Origin: Eledone cirrhosa
Lineage: Eukaryota
Length of the DNA: 64,000 bases
Assembly: GCA_964016885.1 (NCBI GenBank)
Contig: OZ024741.1
Span: forward strand, 308,946,001 to 309,010,000
Reading direction: 5' to 3'
The position numbers and the translations under genes were made by a program. Below are positions 1 to 14,200 of this stretch, one piece after another. Positions within the stretch are counted from its first letter, which is position 1, and each line of letters begins with the position of its first letter. The notes under the pieces are model-generated. The model was not told the origin of the DNA. It did not search any database and worked only from the letters and a program-made list of their open reading frames with translations.

Positions 1-550
1 GATATTGTTAGTGCTATTCTCGTTAATGTTTATACTATTCCTATCATTAAACGTTTTCCACACAATTATTTCTGTTTCTTTTTTTTAATGTAACTGTAAA
101 TGTTTGTGCTTTAATCTCTGGTTGGCTTGTTTAATTGTCTTTCTTTTTTAAGTCTGTTTTAATTTTCTGAAAATTTTAGGGGCGGTGTTTAAAGTTTTTC
201 CTCTCATGAAACTATTACTATCATTGTAACTAGTACTTGTTCCTGCCATTACTGATATGGCAACAACACTGCAAATAGCTGGTTACTAAAAAAATATAAA
301 GAACAAAGCAATAAAGAAATAACTGAAAGTCCTCCAACACATCCAACATCAACATATTTCTAAGTAGAATCATAGGAGTAATTATAAATAATCTCTGAAA
401 CGCGTATAGATAATCTCTTGTGTTTTTCTGTGTAGTGAGCACAGAGATTGATATAAAACAGTTCACTAAATTACGTTGTCGATTGTTGATCCCATTCACT
501 TACATACATACATTCATACATACATACATTCATACATACATACATACATG

Positions 551-956
551 CATGGTGGCTGTCAACTCATTTTCGAGTACGGCCACTACTTTATATCCAT
601 GTAGGAGAACCCCTACCGATGCGCTGAACGAGTGTGTCTTTTTAGTCCAGCCAGCGACTTGAAAACTCTGGTACAAACACTACACTTGTGACAATTATTG
701 ACACATAGTGCTGGGCCCATGGTACCATGTAACGATAAGTGCAGAGCGATCTCCAGATATAAAGCAATGCCTGTGCCGTGAAGCTTTTATAGTGAGAAAA
801 GGCACTGCACAAAGCCAGTCCCTTTCTCTTAACCAAGATGATATTTACCAAAAAGAAGAACAAGTCAACATCATTGGATACCATCGGGGTTGCAGGTGTT
901 ATATCAGAGTTTTCCTTCTCCTAGAATTCTGCCTTGACAAAGGCTAAGGGGTCATC
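551..956 (-). mobile_element. RTE-derived non-autonomous retroposon, 5'-truncated copy
   Basis: Near-identical to 968-1577 and 1645-2255. Minus strand encodes a C2H2 finger KCSVCTRVFKSLAGLKRHTRSAHR* (613-687), followed by an RTE-like 3' end and (GTAT)n tail. Carries the RTE 5'UTR-like motif ctaggagaaggaaaactctga. Confidence 0.75.
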
Positions 957-967
957 ATACATACATA

Positions 968-1577
968 CATGGTGGCTGCCAACTCGTTTTCGAGTACGGC
1001 CACTACTTTATATCCATGTAGGAGAACCCCTACCGATGTGCTGAACGAGTGTGACTTTTTAGTCCAGCCAGCGACTTGAAAACTCTGGTACAAACACTAC
1101 ACTTGTGACAATTATTGACACATAGTGCTTTACCTTTGGTACCATGTGACGACAAGTGCAGAGAGATCTCCAGATATAAAGCAATGCCTGTGCCGTGAAG
1201 CTTTTATAGTGAGCAAAGGCACTGCACAAAGCCAGTCCCACTCTCTTAACCAAGATGATATTTACCAAAAAGAAGAACAAGTCAACATCATTGGATACCA
1301 TCAGGGTTGAGGTGTTATATCAGAGTTTTCCTTCTCCTAGAATTCTGCCTTGACAAAGGCTAAGGGGTCATCTCTCCCAGTGATTTTGGATGGCCATTGA
1401 CTCTTAAGAGATCCTTTGCCCTTTGACAGGTTTTGTTTTTAGTCCTGCAGGATGTCCAAAGTCACCCTCCTCACCAAGAAACCTTGGTGGGGTTGCCAGT
1501 TTAGTCGCCAACGACCCGACCATGAGACAGGTTGTACTGGGATACATGTTACCGGTAGCACCAAGTGGTGACCTGAC
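968..1577 (-). mobile_element. RTE-derived bipartite SINE, ~610 bp, apparently full length
   Basis: 5'UTR-like motif plus C2H2 finger KCSVCTRVFKSLAGLKSHTRSAHR* (1030-1104). No RT or endonuclease between them. Flanked by (TACA)n/(TA)n. Confidence 0.75.
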
Positions 1578-1644
1578 ATATATACATATATACACACATA
1601 TACATATATATACATATACATATATATACATATACATATATATA

Positions 1645-2255
1645 CATGGTGGCTGCCAACTCGTTTTCGAGTACGGCCACTACTTTATATCCATGTAGGG
1701 GAACCCTTACCAATGCGCTGAACGAGTGTGACTTTTTAGTCCAGCCAGCGACTTGAAAACTCTGGTACAAACACTACACTTGTGACAATCATTGACACAT
1801 AGTGCTGGGCCCATGGTACCATGTGATGACAAGTGCAGAGAGATCTCCAGATATAAAGCAATGCCTGTGCCGTGAAGCTTTTATAGTGAGCAAAGGCACT
1901 GCACAAAGCCAGTCCCACTCTCTTAACCAAGATGATATTTACCAAAAAGAAGAACAATTCAACATCATTGGATACCATCAGGGTTGCAGGTGTTATATCA
2001 GAGTTTTCCTTCTCCTAGAATTCTGCCTTGACAAAGGCTAAGGGGTCATCTCTCCCGGTGATTTTGGATGGCTATTGACTCTTAAGAGCCCCTTTGCCTT
2101 TTGACAGGTTTTGTTTTTAGTCCTTCAGGATGTCCAAAGCCACCCTCCTCACCAAGAAACCTTGGTGGGGTTGCCAGTTTAGTCGCCAACGACCCGACCA
2201 TGAGACAGGTTGTACTGGGATACATGTTACCAATAGCACCAACTGGTGACCTGAC
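1645..2255 (-). mobile_element. RTE-derived bipartite SINE, ~610 bp copy
   Basis: Third tandem, same-orientation copy, nearly identical to 968-1577. Confidence 0.75.
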
Positions 2256-2544
2256 ACATACATACATACATACATACATACATACATACATACATACATA
2301 CATACATACTTACATGATGGCTGCCCCCTCATTTTCGACTATGGCCATTGCACGAGAACCCCCCACCCCCCAAAAAAACATAATAATAATAATAATAGCA
2401 ATAATAATAATAATAATAATAATAACGACAACAACAACAATAATAATATACATATATATATATACACACACACACACGCACACATATAAACATATCTATA
2501 CACCCACACACACACGCACACACATAAACATATCTATACACACA

Positions 2545-2632
2545 CGATAGCAATTAACAGCGCTGCGATCGAATGTGGCTTTTTAGCCCAGCCAATGATG
2601 TAAAATGTCTTGCACAGAGTCGGCAACCAAAA
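2545..2632 (-). mobile_element. Diverged RTE 3' zinc-finger fragment
   Basis: Minus strand reads CRLCARHFTSLAGLKSHIRSQR, homologous to the finger in the neighbouring copies. Confidence 0.55.
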
Positions 2633-2921
2633 CATACATACATACATACATACATACATACATACATACATACATACATACATACATACATACATGCATG
2701 CATACACACATACATACATGCATACATACATACATACATACATACATACATACATAAATACATACATACATACATACATACATACATACATACATACATA
2801 CATACATACATGCATACACACATACATACATGCATGCATACATACATACACACATACACACATGCATACATACATGCATGCATGCATACATACGTACATA
2901 CATACATGCATGCATGCATAC
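2632..2921. repeat. (TACA)n/(TGCA)n compound microsatellite
   Basis: Directly visible tetranucleotide repeat. Confidence 0.95.
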
Positions 2922-3084
2922 ATGGTGGTATGCTCCCGTAACTCCTGATAGGAGTTTCTTGGCATTTCTTGGGAATTTTAAGCTGGCCGAGCCCATCTCC
3001 TCTCCAAGTCTAAGTACAGCAGATTTCTTCCAGAAAAAAGATAAAAAGTGAAAGAGAGGAAATGAGAAAGAGATATAGAGAAAG

Positions 3085-3243
3085 AATCGACCTCAGTACT
3101 AGACTGGTACTTTTTTTTATCGACCTCGAAAGGGTGAAAAGCAAAGTTGACCTCGGCGGAATTTGAACTCAGAGAGCAGAGAGCCGGAACAAATACCATA
3201 AAGCATTCTATCCGATGTTCTAACGACTGTCAATTCGCCGCCT
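3085..3243 (-). mobile_element. tRNA-derived SINE, octopus-type family
   Basis: Minus strand has B-box-like GAGTTCAAATTCC followed by gccgaggtcaactttgcttttcaccctttcgaggtcgataaa...gtaccag. Several related copies occur in the window. Confidence 0.75.
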
Positions 3244-3544
3244 ACATACATACATACAAATGTTCACAGAACCAGAAAGAACACGACTAATTAGGAAGTT
3301 ACAAGTACAATCCATTAATGGAACAATCAAAATATGTGAAACATTCCAAAAATTCTGCGTAATAGCTGTATGTACACCCGTACAAATACAAAACATATGC
3401 ACATGCACACATATAACTCAAAACATCCACACATACAATAACATCCATGCCTGCACACACACGCACGCATGCAGACATGCAGACATATATACCTAGTTGA
3501 TGTTGTCTAAATTCCAAAGAATGAGTCGTGTGTCTATGTCAAAA

Positions 3545-3860
3545 ACCGATTCTCTCCCCAATTTTTAATATTAAATTGGCATCTGTTGGGCAGCTGACTT
3601 CAACTACTGTGCATGCCTTCTTTTCCCTGTCTCATATCATTATATCTGGTCTGTTATGCTTACATTTTGACTGGAACATTCCACCAGTACTCTTTTATAT
3701 TATTATGTCTTCCACATTGCTGTAACTTTTAATATGTTTATTGTCAGGGCTATCTTTTCTACGGTTTGTATTGTATAGTGTTTTGACCACTACATCACGC
3801 TCACAGGTAAATAGTACCGTGATGACCTCTTTGGACAACTGCTTATGACATGGGTGAAAA
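3545..3860 (-). pseudogene. Degenerate RLE-type (R4/NeSL-like) non-LTR retrotransposon C-terminal fragment
   Basis: Minus strand with frameshifts and stops: THVISSCPK..SRYYLPV..DVVVKTLY...EYWWNVPVK...KHNRPDIMI*DREKKACTVVEVSCPTDAN. This is the end of a CCHC knuckle plus PD..(D/E) restriction-like endonuclease motifs. Confidence 0.7.
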
Positions 3861-5289
3861 GTTTGCTTGGTGAGGAAAGTGATTTTAGACACGCTGCCGG
3901 ATAAAAACAAAACCTGATAAAGGGTGGAGAATCTCATGTGAGGCAAAGGCGATCCAATAGTGTACAGATGTATATTTTGCGTAGGTGTGTAAATATGTGT
4001 ATGTTAATTTAAGAGTGTGAAGAACTGTAGTAGATTTCACTGGTTGACACTGGATGGTCTTTTGTGGCATTCTCGTGTGTCCCAGTGACTGTTCAAAATG
4101 CCACTTAGCGAACTGATGACACGCAATATATGCTCATTCCAGCTGAGCACCTAGCCTTTCTCAGTTTGAAGACCGACCTGCATGCGGAAAGGCCACATCC
4201 TACACAAGGTGCCTCTGATATGACTACGAAGGGATGGTCTCGTAGAACAGGTCGGATCTAAAGGAGTAAGTCTCGATAAAAAAAACCTTCTTGTTTCATA
4301 GTAAGCAATGGCTCATGCTGCGATGATTAGTTTAATTATATGACCTCGGATGTGAACACCAATGGTTTCGCAGATTAATTCAACAATGGGTTGGCACAAC
4401 TGCTCCAGTGTGTGCAGGTGTGGCGAGCCACACATACTCTAGCCATTAGAAAAAGCAAAAGGAATACTTTTCTTCGAAAAAGAGGTGTCTCAAGAAGAGA
4501 AGAACCAGACAGGTCGAAGGGTATGAGCCAGACTAAACCTTAATCACCAGATGAGTAAACCTCAATGACAGAAAAAGAAAAAAAAGAAACCTTACCATAG
4601 TCTGGCAGCGTAGTGTACGTGTGACATCAGCAGAGGAAATAGAGTTAAGTCAACGATGGTTTATATTAAACACTGACAGTGGCAGACTGCAGCATGCATT
4701 TGACGAGTAGCGCCAGATGCATGTATCAATATGCAATCAAAACTGATTTGGGTGGACCATACATATACACACACCACACACACCACACACACACATACAC
4801 ACAAACATGCACAAATACACGCTCATAACCATATGTACGTATATATTTATAAATATAATGTGGATGTTTGGGCAAAGAACCCGTATAATAATATCTACAA
4901 TATTTTCTTTAAGTATAAAGTACAAAGTTGATTAATGGTGTTACTGGCCTTATCCTGTTACTAGATCAGGCCAGTAACACCATTTATTTAATATCAGTGA
5001 ATATTATACTCCAGAAAATCTGTCGAGTGCTCTGAGTCAGTTATAAACATTTATATTTGTTGAATTACCAACAAATTGAATATCCCATCTGCTTATATCG
5101 GTAGATCGGTAGTTATCACAATTCCGGTTTGAATTTATTTTCTTGATTTATTCTTAAATTGAGTCTGGCAAACCCTATTGTCCATAGATAGTACTTTTTC
5201 ACCTTAGCGAACATGGTTCCTTACGATTTGAACACATATGTGAATGTCTGTGTTTATCTCTCTTTGATATTCAATTATGATATATATAT

Positions 5290-6258
<969 letters not shown>

Positions 6259-6441
6259 AAGGTTAAACAAGGTTCAATGAATAAATCAAAGAATGAGTTT
6301 TACAATAGATGATTGTATTATATGTAAATTTGTTCTTGTCTCAATCTTAAGGTATATAAATATTGAGTTTTGACATATCTTATTCACTACCATGACTGAA
6401 TCTTAACCATCTACTATGTCAGGGTATGCCATGCATCATCT

Positions 6442-6508
6442 TATTTTATCTGATGAGGACGTACTGTTGAAGTTAGCTCAGTACCTCTGAAATATGTATA
6501 ATGAAATA
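6442..6508 (+). ncRNA. Type I hammerhead ribozyme, family A
   Basis: TATTTTAT-CTGATGA-GGACGTACTG[loop]CAGTACCTCT-GAAA-TATGTATA^ATGAAATA. Stems I and II, short self-complementary stem III, AUA triplet. Confidence 0.75.
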
Positions 6509-6549
6509 TACTTGATCACACGAATGTCTATTTCTGTTAATATTTTGAA

Positions 6550-6600
<51 letters not shown>

Positions 6601-6607
<7 letters not shown>

Positions 6608-6873
6608 AGCGGAGCAAGCGGTTATCAAACAATTCTCTAAATAAATTAACGTTGGACAGGAAGCGAAATATTTACTTACTGTAAGGCTTGCAACCTTATA
6701 GTGTGGAAATAGGCTGTCTGAAGATTCATTTCTTTCCATTAGAAATTCTCTGGATTTCCAATCTTTTGGAATGATGAAACCGTCGGTAACAGCAACAGAA
6801 CAGGTGATTATTTAAATCGTTTTTTAATTTATTTAGAGAATTGTTTGATAACCGCTTGCTCCGCTACTTTTTA
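6601..6873. repeat. Inverted repeat with ~49 bp arms next to (TA)n
   Basis: aaagtagcggagcaagcggttatcaaacaattctctaaataaattaa is inverted at ~6825-6872. Confidence 0.8.
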
Positions 6874-6981
6874 TATTGTTCTGGTATCTCGAATTAGTAC
6901 CATTGAACCACAAATATTATAAACAACTTGAATATTTCTACAAGTACATAGTACCTGTTGAAGTATTCATCCACTTTTATA

Positions 6982-7043
<62 letters not shown>

Positions 7044-7138
7044 CTATTTTGACATTATAGTCACTTATATATTATGCAATACTGTTGGCTTCACGCTCAC
7101 AATAATTTCTATACTTTCTTTTATATATATATATATAT

Positions 7139-7740
7139 ATAAACGGAGAAAATGAAACGAAATTTCATTTCTCACTCTCAGTACGGCTGTTACTTAAATA
7201 TAAGTATGTATACGTACATACATATATTTATACAGACGTACAGTAGTATGTATATATACATACTACTGTATGTCTGTATACATATATGTATGTACGTATA
7301 CATACGTATATTTAAGTAACAGCCGTACTAAGAGTGAGAAATGAAATTTCGTTTCATTTTTTCCGTTTATCGTTTTCGGTATGCCCGGCCGATTAACTCA
7401 ATCGATATGCAAATTAGGCTGGTCAGCCGTTAATATGCATAAGGAAAGTATATACTTTCAGACGTTCAATCATCTGGCAGGAAGATATACGTTGCTGACG
7501 ATAGCTAATAAGCTTGAAACTAGTACAGCGTTCCTTTGTCAGTTTAGAACAAACGAGCAACGATGGTTGCTGGACACTACGGCTTAATTCGGGATGTTTG
7601 TTTACAAACACACCGAGAATTATAATAAATGTTCGGTGAATCCCATACGTACATATATATATATATATGTGTGCATGTATGTATATATACATACTACAGT
7701 ACGTCTGTATACATATATGTATGTACGTATACATACTTAT
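7139..7740 (+). mobile_element. Family-B hammerhead-bearing repeat with inverted partial copy, (TA)n-flanked
   Basis: 7139-7255 is inverted against 7260-7370. Homologous to 5734-6205 and 48785-49160. Confidence 0.65.
7489..7531 (+). ncRNA. Minimal type I hammerhead ribozyme, family B
   Basis: ACGTTG-CTGACGA-TAGCTAATAAGCTT-GAAA-CTAGTA^CAGCGT. Palindromic stem III (ACTAGT), GUA triplet. Confidence 0.8.
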
Positions 7741-7862
7741 ATATATATATATATATATATACAGGGTGTTCCCCCGAAATATATACACACTTAAACAGCA
7801 TTCTAATAAATATATGTATATATTTTTTGGGAGCACCCTATATATATATGTGTGAGTGCACG

Positions 7863-7974
<112 letters not shown>

Positions 7975-8220
7975 GAGAAAGAGAGAAGTAGACAACATTC
8001 AGATACACCAAGTTCTCACAGCCCTTCCCTTCCTGCTCCGTGTTGTTGTCTCCCTTTTGTCTGTGTCTGTTAATGTCTCATTGCAACAAGCTGTCACTAC
8101 ACAAGCGTTAAATGCATTAGTATGGCGACAGTGTACATGCTGCTCTACTACTGAGGCATTCATTATTTACGGCTTACATTCATGTAGATTTGTGACATTC
8201 ATGATGCTGTTGTTGCTGTT

Positions 8221-11200
8221 GATGGTGGCTATGGTGTTGGTGGTGGCAATGGTGTTGGTGGTGGCTATGGTGTTGGTGGTGGCAATGGTGTTGGTGGTGG
8301 CTATGGTGTTGGTGGTGGCAATGGTGTTGGTGGTGGCTATGGTGTTGGTGGTAGCTATGGTGTTGGTGGTGGCAGTGGTGTTGGTGGTGGCAATGGTGTT
8401 GGTGGTGGCAATGGTGTTGGTGGTGGCAATGGTGTTGGTGGTGGCTATGGTGTTGGTGGTAGCTATGGTGTTGGTGGTGGCTATGGTGTTGGTGGTGGCT
8501 ATGGTGTTGGTGGTGGCTATGGTGTTGATGGTGGCTATGGTGTTGGTGGTGGCTATGGTGTTGATGGTGGCTATGGTGTTGGTGGTGGCTATGGTGTTGG
8601 TGGTAGCAATGGTGTTGGTGGTGGTTATGGTGTTGGTGGTAGCAATGGTGTTGATGGTGGCTATGGTGTTGATGGTGGCTATGGTGTTGGTGGTGGCTAT
8701 GGTGTTGGTGGTGGCTATGGTGTTGATGGTGGCTATGGTGTTGGTGGTGGCTATGGTGTTGATGGTGGCTATGGTGTTGGTGGTGGCTATGGTGTTGGTG
8801 GTAGCAATGGTGTTGGTGGTGGCTATGGTGTTGGTGGTGGCAATGGTGTTGGTGGTGGCAATGGTGTTGATGGTGGCTATGGTGTTGGTGGTGGCTATGG
8901 TGTTGGTGGTGGCTATGGTGTTGGTGGTAGCTATGGTGTTGGTGGTAGCAATGGTGTTGATGGTGGCTATGGTGTTGGTGGTAGCAATGGTGTTGGTGGT
9001 AGCAATGGTGTTGATGGTGGCTATGGTGTTGGTGGTGGCTATGGTGTTGGTGGTGGCTATGGTGTTGGTGGTGGCTATGGTGTTGGTGGTAGCAATGGTG
9101 TTGATGGTGGCTATGGTGTTGGTGGTGGCTATGGTGTTGGTGGTGGCTATGGTGTTGGTGGTAGCTATGGTGTTGGTGGTGGCTATGGTGTTGGTGGTGG
9201 CTATGGTGTTGGTGGTAGCAATGGTGTTGATGGTGGCTATGGTGTTGGTGGTAGCTATGGTGTTGGTGGTAGCTATGGTGTTGGTGGTGGCTATGGTGTT
9301 GGTGGTGGCTATGGTGTTGGTGGTAGCAATGGTGTTGATGGTGGCTATGGTGTTGGTGGTGGCTATGGTGTTGGTGGTGGCTATGGTGTTGGTGGTGGCT
9401 ATGGTGTTGGTGGTGGCAGTGGTGTTGGTGGTGGCTATGGTGTTGGTGGTGGCTATGGTGTTGGTGGTGGCTATGGTGTTGGTGGTAGCAATGGTGTTGA
9501 TGGTGGCTATGGTGTTGGTGGTGGCTATGGTGTTGGTGGTGGCTATGGTGTTGGTGGTGGCTATGGTGTTGGTGGTGGCAGTGGTGTTGGTGGTGGCTAT
9601 GGTGTTGGTGGTGGCAGTGGTGTTGGTGGTGGCTATGGTGTTGGTGGTGGCAATGGTGTTGGTGGTGGCTATGGTGTTGGTGGTGGCAATGGTGTTGGTG
9701 GTGGCAATGGTGTTGGTGGTGGCAGTGGTGTTGATGGTGGCTATGGTGTTGGTGGTGGCTATGGTGTTGGTGGTAGCAATGGTGTTGATGGTGGCTATGG
9801 TGTTGGTGGTAGCAATGGTGTTGGTGGTGGCTATGGTGTTGGTGGTGGCTATGGTGTTGGTGGTAGCAATGGTGTTGGTGGTGGCTATGGTGTTGGTGGT
9901 AGCTATGGTGTTGGTGGTGGCAATGGTGTTGGTGGTGGCAGTGGTGTTGATGGTGGCTATGGTGTTGGTGGTGGCTATGGTGTTGGTGGTAGCAATGGTG
10001 TTGATGGTGGCTATGGTGTTGGTGGTAGCAATGGTGTTGGTGGTGGCTATGGTGTTGGTGGTGGCTATGGTGTTGGTGGTAGCAATGGTGTTGGTGGTGG
10101 CTATGGTGTTGGTGGTGGTTATGGTGTTGGTGGTGGCAATGGTGTTGGTGGTGGCAATGGTGTTGGTGGTGGTTATGGTGTTGGTGGTAGCTATGGTGTT
10201 GGTGGTGGCTATGGTGTTGGTGGTGGCTATGGTGTTGGTGGTGGCAATGGTGTTGGTGGTGGTTATGGTGTTGGTGGTGGCTATGGTGTTGGTGGTGGCT
10301 ATGGTGTTGGTGGTGGCTATGGTGTTGGTGGTAGCAATGGTGTTGGTGGTGGCTATGGTGTTGGTGGTAGCTATGGTGTTGGTGGTGGCAATGGTGTTGG
10401 TGGTGGCAATGGTGTTGGTGGTGGCAATGGTGTTGGTGGTGGTTATGGTGTTGGTGGTGGCTATGGTGTTGGTGGTGGCTATGGTGTTGGTGGTGGCTAT
10501 GGTGTTGGTGGTAGCAATGGTGTTGGTGGTGGCTATGGTGTTGGTGGTGGCTATGGTGTTGGTGGTAGCAATGGTGTTGGTGGTAGCTATGGTGTTGGTG
10601 GTGGCTATGGTGTTGGTGGTGGCTATGGTGTTGGTGGTGGCAATGGTGTTGGTGGTGGCTATGGTGTTGGTGGTAGCAATGGTGTTGGTGGTGGCTATGG
10701 TGTTGGTGGTGGCAATGGTGTTGGTGGTGGCTATGGTGTTGGTGGTGGTTATGGTGTTGGTGGTGGCAATGGTGTTGGTGGTGGCAATGGTGTTGGTGGT
10801 AGCAATGGTGTTGGTGGTGGCTATGGTGTTGGTGGTGGCAATGGTGTTGGTGGTGGCTATGGTGTTGGTGGTGGCTATGGTGTTGGTGGTGGCAATGGTG
10901 TTGGTGGTGGTTATGGTGTTGGTGGTGGCAATGGTGTTGGTGGTGGCAATGGTGTTGGTGGTGGTTATGGTGTTGGTGGTGGCAATGGTGTTGGTGGTGG
11001 CAATGGTGTTGGTGGTGGCAATGGTGTTGGTGGTGGTTATGGTGTTGGTGGTGGCAATGGTGTTGGTGGTGGTTATGGTGTTGGTGGTGGCAATGGTGTT
11101 GGTGGTGGCAATGGTGTTGGTGGTGGCAATGGTGTTGGTGGTGGCAATGGTGTTGGTGGTGGTTATGGTGTTGGTGGTGGCAATGGTGTTGGTGGTAGCT

Positions 11201-14200
11201 ATGGTGTTGGTGGTGGCAATGGTGTTGGTGGTGGCAATGGTGTTGGTGGTGGCAATGGTGTTGGTGGTGGCAATGTTGTTGGTGGTGGCAGTGGTGTTGG
11301 TGGTGGCAATGGTGTTGGTGGTGGCTATGGTGTTGGTGGTGGCAATGGTGTTGGTGGTGGTTATGGTGTTGGTGGTGGCAGTGGTGTTGGTGGTGGCAAT
11401 GGTGTTGGTGGTGGCTATGGTGTTGGTGGTGGCAATGGTGTTGGTGGTGGCAGTGGTGTTGGTGGTGGCAATGGTGTTGGTGGTGGCAATGGTGTTGGTG
11501 GTGGCAATGGTGTTGGTGGTGGCAGTGGTGTTGGTGGTGGCAATGGTGTTGGTGGTGGCTATGGTGTTGGTGGTGGCAATGGTGTTGGTGGTGGCAATGG
11601 TGTTGGTGGTGGCAATGGTGTTGGTGGTGGTTATGGTGTTGGTGGTGGCAATGGTGTTGGTGGTGGTTATGGTGTTGGTGGTGGCAATGGTGTTGGTGGT
11701 GGCAATGGTGTTGGTGGTGGCAATGGTGTTGGTGGTGGCAATGGTGTTGGTGGTGGCAGTGGTGTTGGTGGTGGCAATGGTGTTGGTGGTGGCTATGGTG
11801 TTGGTGGTGGCAATGGTGTTGGTGGTGGTTATGGTGTTGGTGGTGGCAGTGGTGTTGGTGGTGGCAATGGTGTTGGTGGTGGCTATGGTGTTGGTGGTGG
11901 CAATGGTGTTGGTGGTGTTGGTGGTGGCAATGGTGTTGGTGGTGGCAATGGTGTTGGTGGTGGCAATGGTGTTGGTGGTGGCAGTGGTGTTGGTGGTGGC
12001 AATGGTGTTGGTGGTGGCTATGGTGTTGGTGGTGGCAATGGTGTTGGTGGTGGTTATGGTGTTGGTGGTGGCAATGGTGTTGGTGGTGGTTATGGTGTTG
12101 GTGGTGGCAATGGTGTTGGTGGTGGCAATGGTGTTGGTGGTGGCAATGGTGTTGGTGGTGGCTATGGTGTTGGTGGTGGCAATGGTGTTGGTGGTGGCAA
12201 TGGTGTTGGTGGTGGCTATGGTGTTGGTGGTGGCAATGGTGTTGGTGGTGGCAATGGTGTTGGTGGTGGCAATGGTGTTGGTGGTGGCTATGGTGTTGGC
12301 GGTGGCAATGGTGTTGGTGGTGGCTATGCTGTTGATGGTGGCTATGGTGTTGGTGGTGGCAATGGTGTTGGTGGTGGTTATGGTGTTGGTGGTGGCAATG
12401 GTGTTGGTGGTGGCAATGGTGTTGGTGGTGGCAATGGTGTTGGTGGTGGCTATGGTGTTGGTGGTGGCAATGGTGTTGGTGGTGGCAATGGTGTTGGTGG
12501 TGGCAATGGTGTTGGTGGTGGTTATGGTGTTGGTGGTGGCAATGGTGTTGGTGGTGGCTATGGTGTTGGTGGTGGCAATGGTGTTGGTGGTGGCAATGGT
12601 GTTGGTGGTGGCAATGGTGTTGGTGGTGGTTATGGTGTTGGTGGTGGCTATGGTGTTGGTGGTAACTATGGTGTTGGTGGTGGCAATGGTGTTGGTGGTG
12701 GCAATGGTGTTGGTGGTGGCAATGGTGTTGGTGGTGGCTATGGTGTTGGTGGTGGCAATGGTGTTGGTGGTGGCAATGGTGTTGGTGGTGGCAATGGTGT
12801 TGGTGGTGGTTATGGTGTTGGTGGTGGCTATGGTGTTGGTGGTAACTATGGTGTTGGTGGTGGCAATGGTGTTGGTGGTGGCAATGGTGTTGGTGGTGGC
12901 AATGGTGTTGGTGGTGGCTATGGTGTTGGTGGTGGCAATGGTGTTGGTGGTGGCAATGGTGTTGGTGGTGGCTATGGTGTTGGTGGTGGCTATGGTGTTG
13001 GTGGTGGCAATGGTGTTGGTGGTGGCTATGGTGTTGGTGGTGGCAATGGTGTTGGTGGTGGCTATGGTGTTGGTGGTGGCAATGGTGTTGGTGGTGGCAA
13101 TGGTGTTGGTGGTGGCAATGGTGTTGATGGTGGCTATGGTGTTGGTGGTGGCAATGGTGTTGGTGGTGGCTATGGTGTTGGTGGTGGCAATGGTGTTGGT
13201 GGTGGCAATGGTGTTGGTGGTGGCAATGGTGTTGGTGGTGGCTATGGTGTTGGTGGTGGCAATGGTGTTGGTGGTGGCAATGGTGTTGGTGGTGGCTATG
13301 GTGTTGGTGGTGGCAATGGTGTTGGTGGTGGCTATGGTGTTGGTGGTGGCAATGGTGTTGGTGGTGGCAATGGTGTTGGTGGTGGCAATGGTGTTGATGG
13401 TGGCTATGGTGTTGGTGGTGGCAATGGTGTTGGTGGTGGCAATGGTGTTGGTGGTGGCAATGGTGTTGGTGGTGGCTATGGTGTTGGTGGTGGCAATGGT
13501 GTTGGTGGTGGCAATGGTGTTGGTGGTGGCTATGGTGTTGGTGGTGGCAATGGTGTTGGTGGTGGCTATGGTGTTGGTGGTGGCAATGGTGTTGGTGGTG
13601 GCAATGGTGTTGGTGGTGGCAATGGTGTTGATGGTGGCTATGGTGTTGGTGGTGGCAATGGTGTTGGTGGTGGCTATGGTGTTGGTGGTGGTTATGGTGT
13701 TGGTGGTGGCTATGGTGTTGGTGGTGGCTATGGTGTTGGTGGTGGCTATGGTGTTGGTGGTGGCTATGGTGTTGGTGGTGGCTATGGTGTTGGTGGTGGC
13801 TATGGTGTTGGTGGTGGCTATGGTGTTGGTGGTGGCTATGGTGTTGGTGGTGGCAATGGTGTTGGTGGTGGCAATGGTGTTGGTGGTGGCTATGGTGTTG
13901 GTGGTGGCAATGGTGTTGGTGGTGGCTATGGTGTTGGTGGTAGCAATGGTGTTGGTGGTGGTTATGGTGTTGGTGGTGGCTATGGTGTTGGTGGTGGTTA
14001 TGGTGTTGGTGGTGGCTATGGTGTTGGTGGTGGCTATGGTGTTGGTGGTGGCTATGGTGTTGGTGGTGGCTATGGTGTTGGTGGTGGCTATGGTGTTGGT
14101 GGTGGCTATGGTGTTGGTGGTGGCTATGGTGTTGGTGGTGGCTATGGTGTTGGTGGTGGCTATGGTGTTGGTGGTGGTTATGGTGTTGGTGGTGGCTATG

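Noticed and set aside
1485-1577. HDV-like ribozyme at the 5' end of the RTE-derived SINE
   Set aside because: A possible P2/P4/CUAA arrangement is not preserved in the diverged copy (51600-51696), where only a simple hairpin is conserved. A full nested pseudoknot could not be built by eye.
3085-3243. tRNA gene
   Set aside because: The B-box is present but no cloverleaf; multiple decayed copies with a shared body identify it as a SINE.
4591-4745. Possible minus-strand exon ending at a GTAAG donor (cttac at 4591)
   Set aside because: No recognisable protein motif or partner exons; not supportable from sequence alone.
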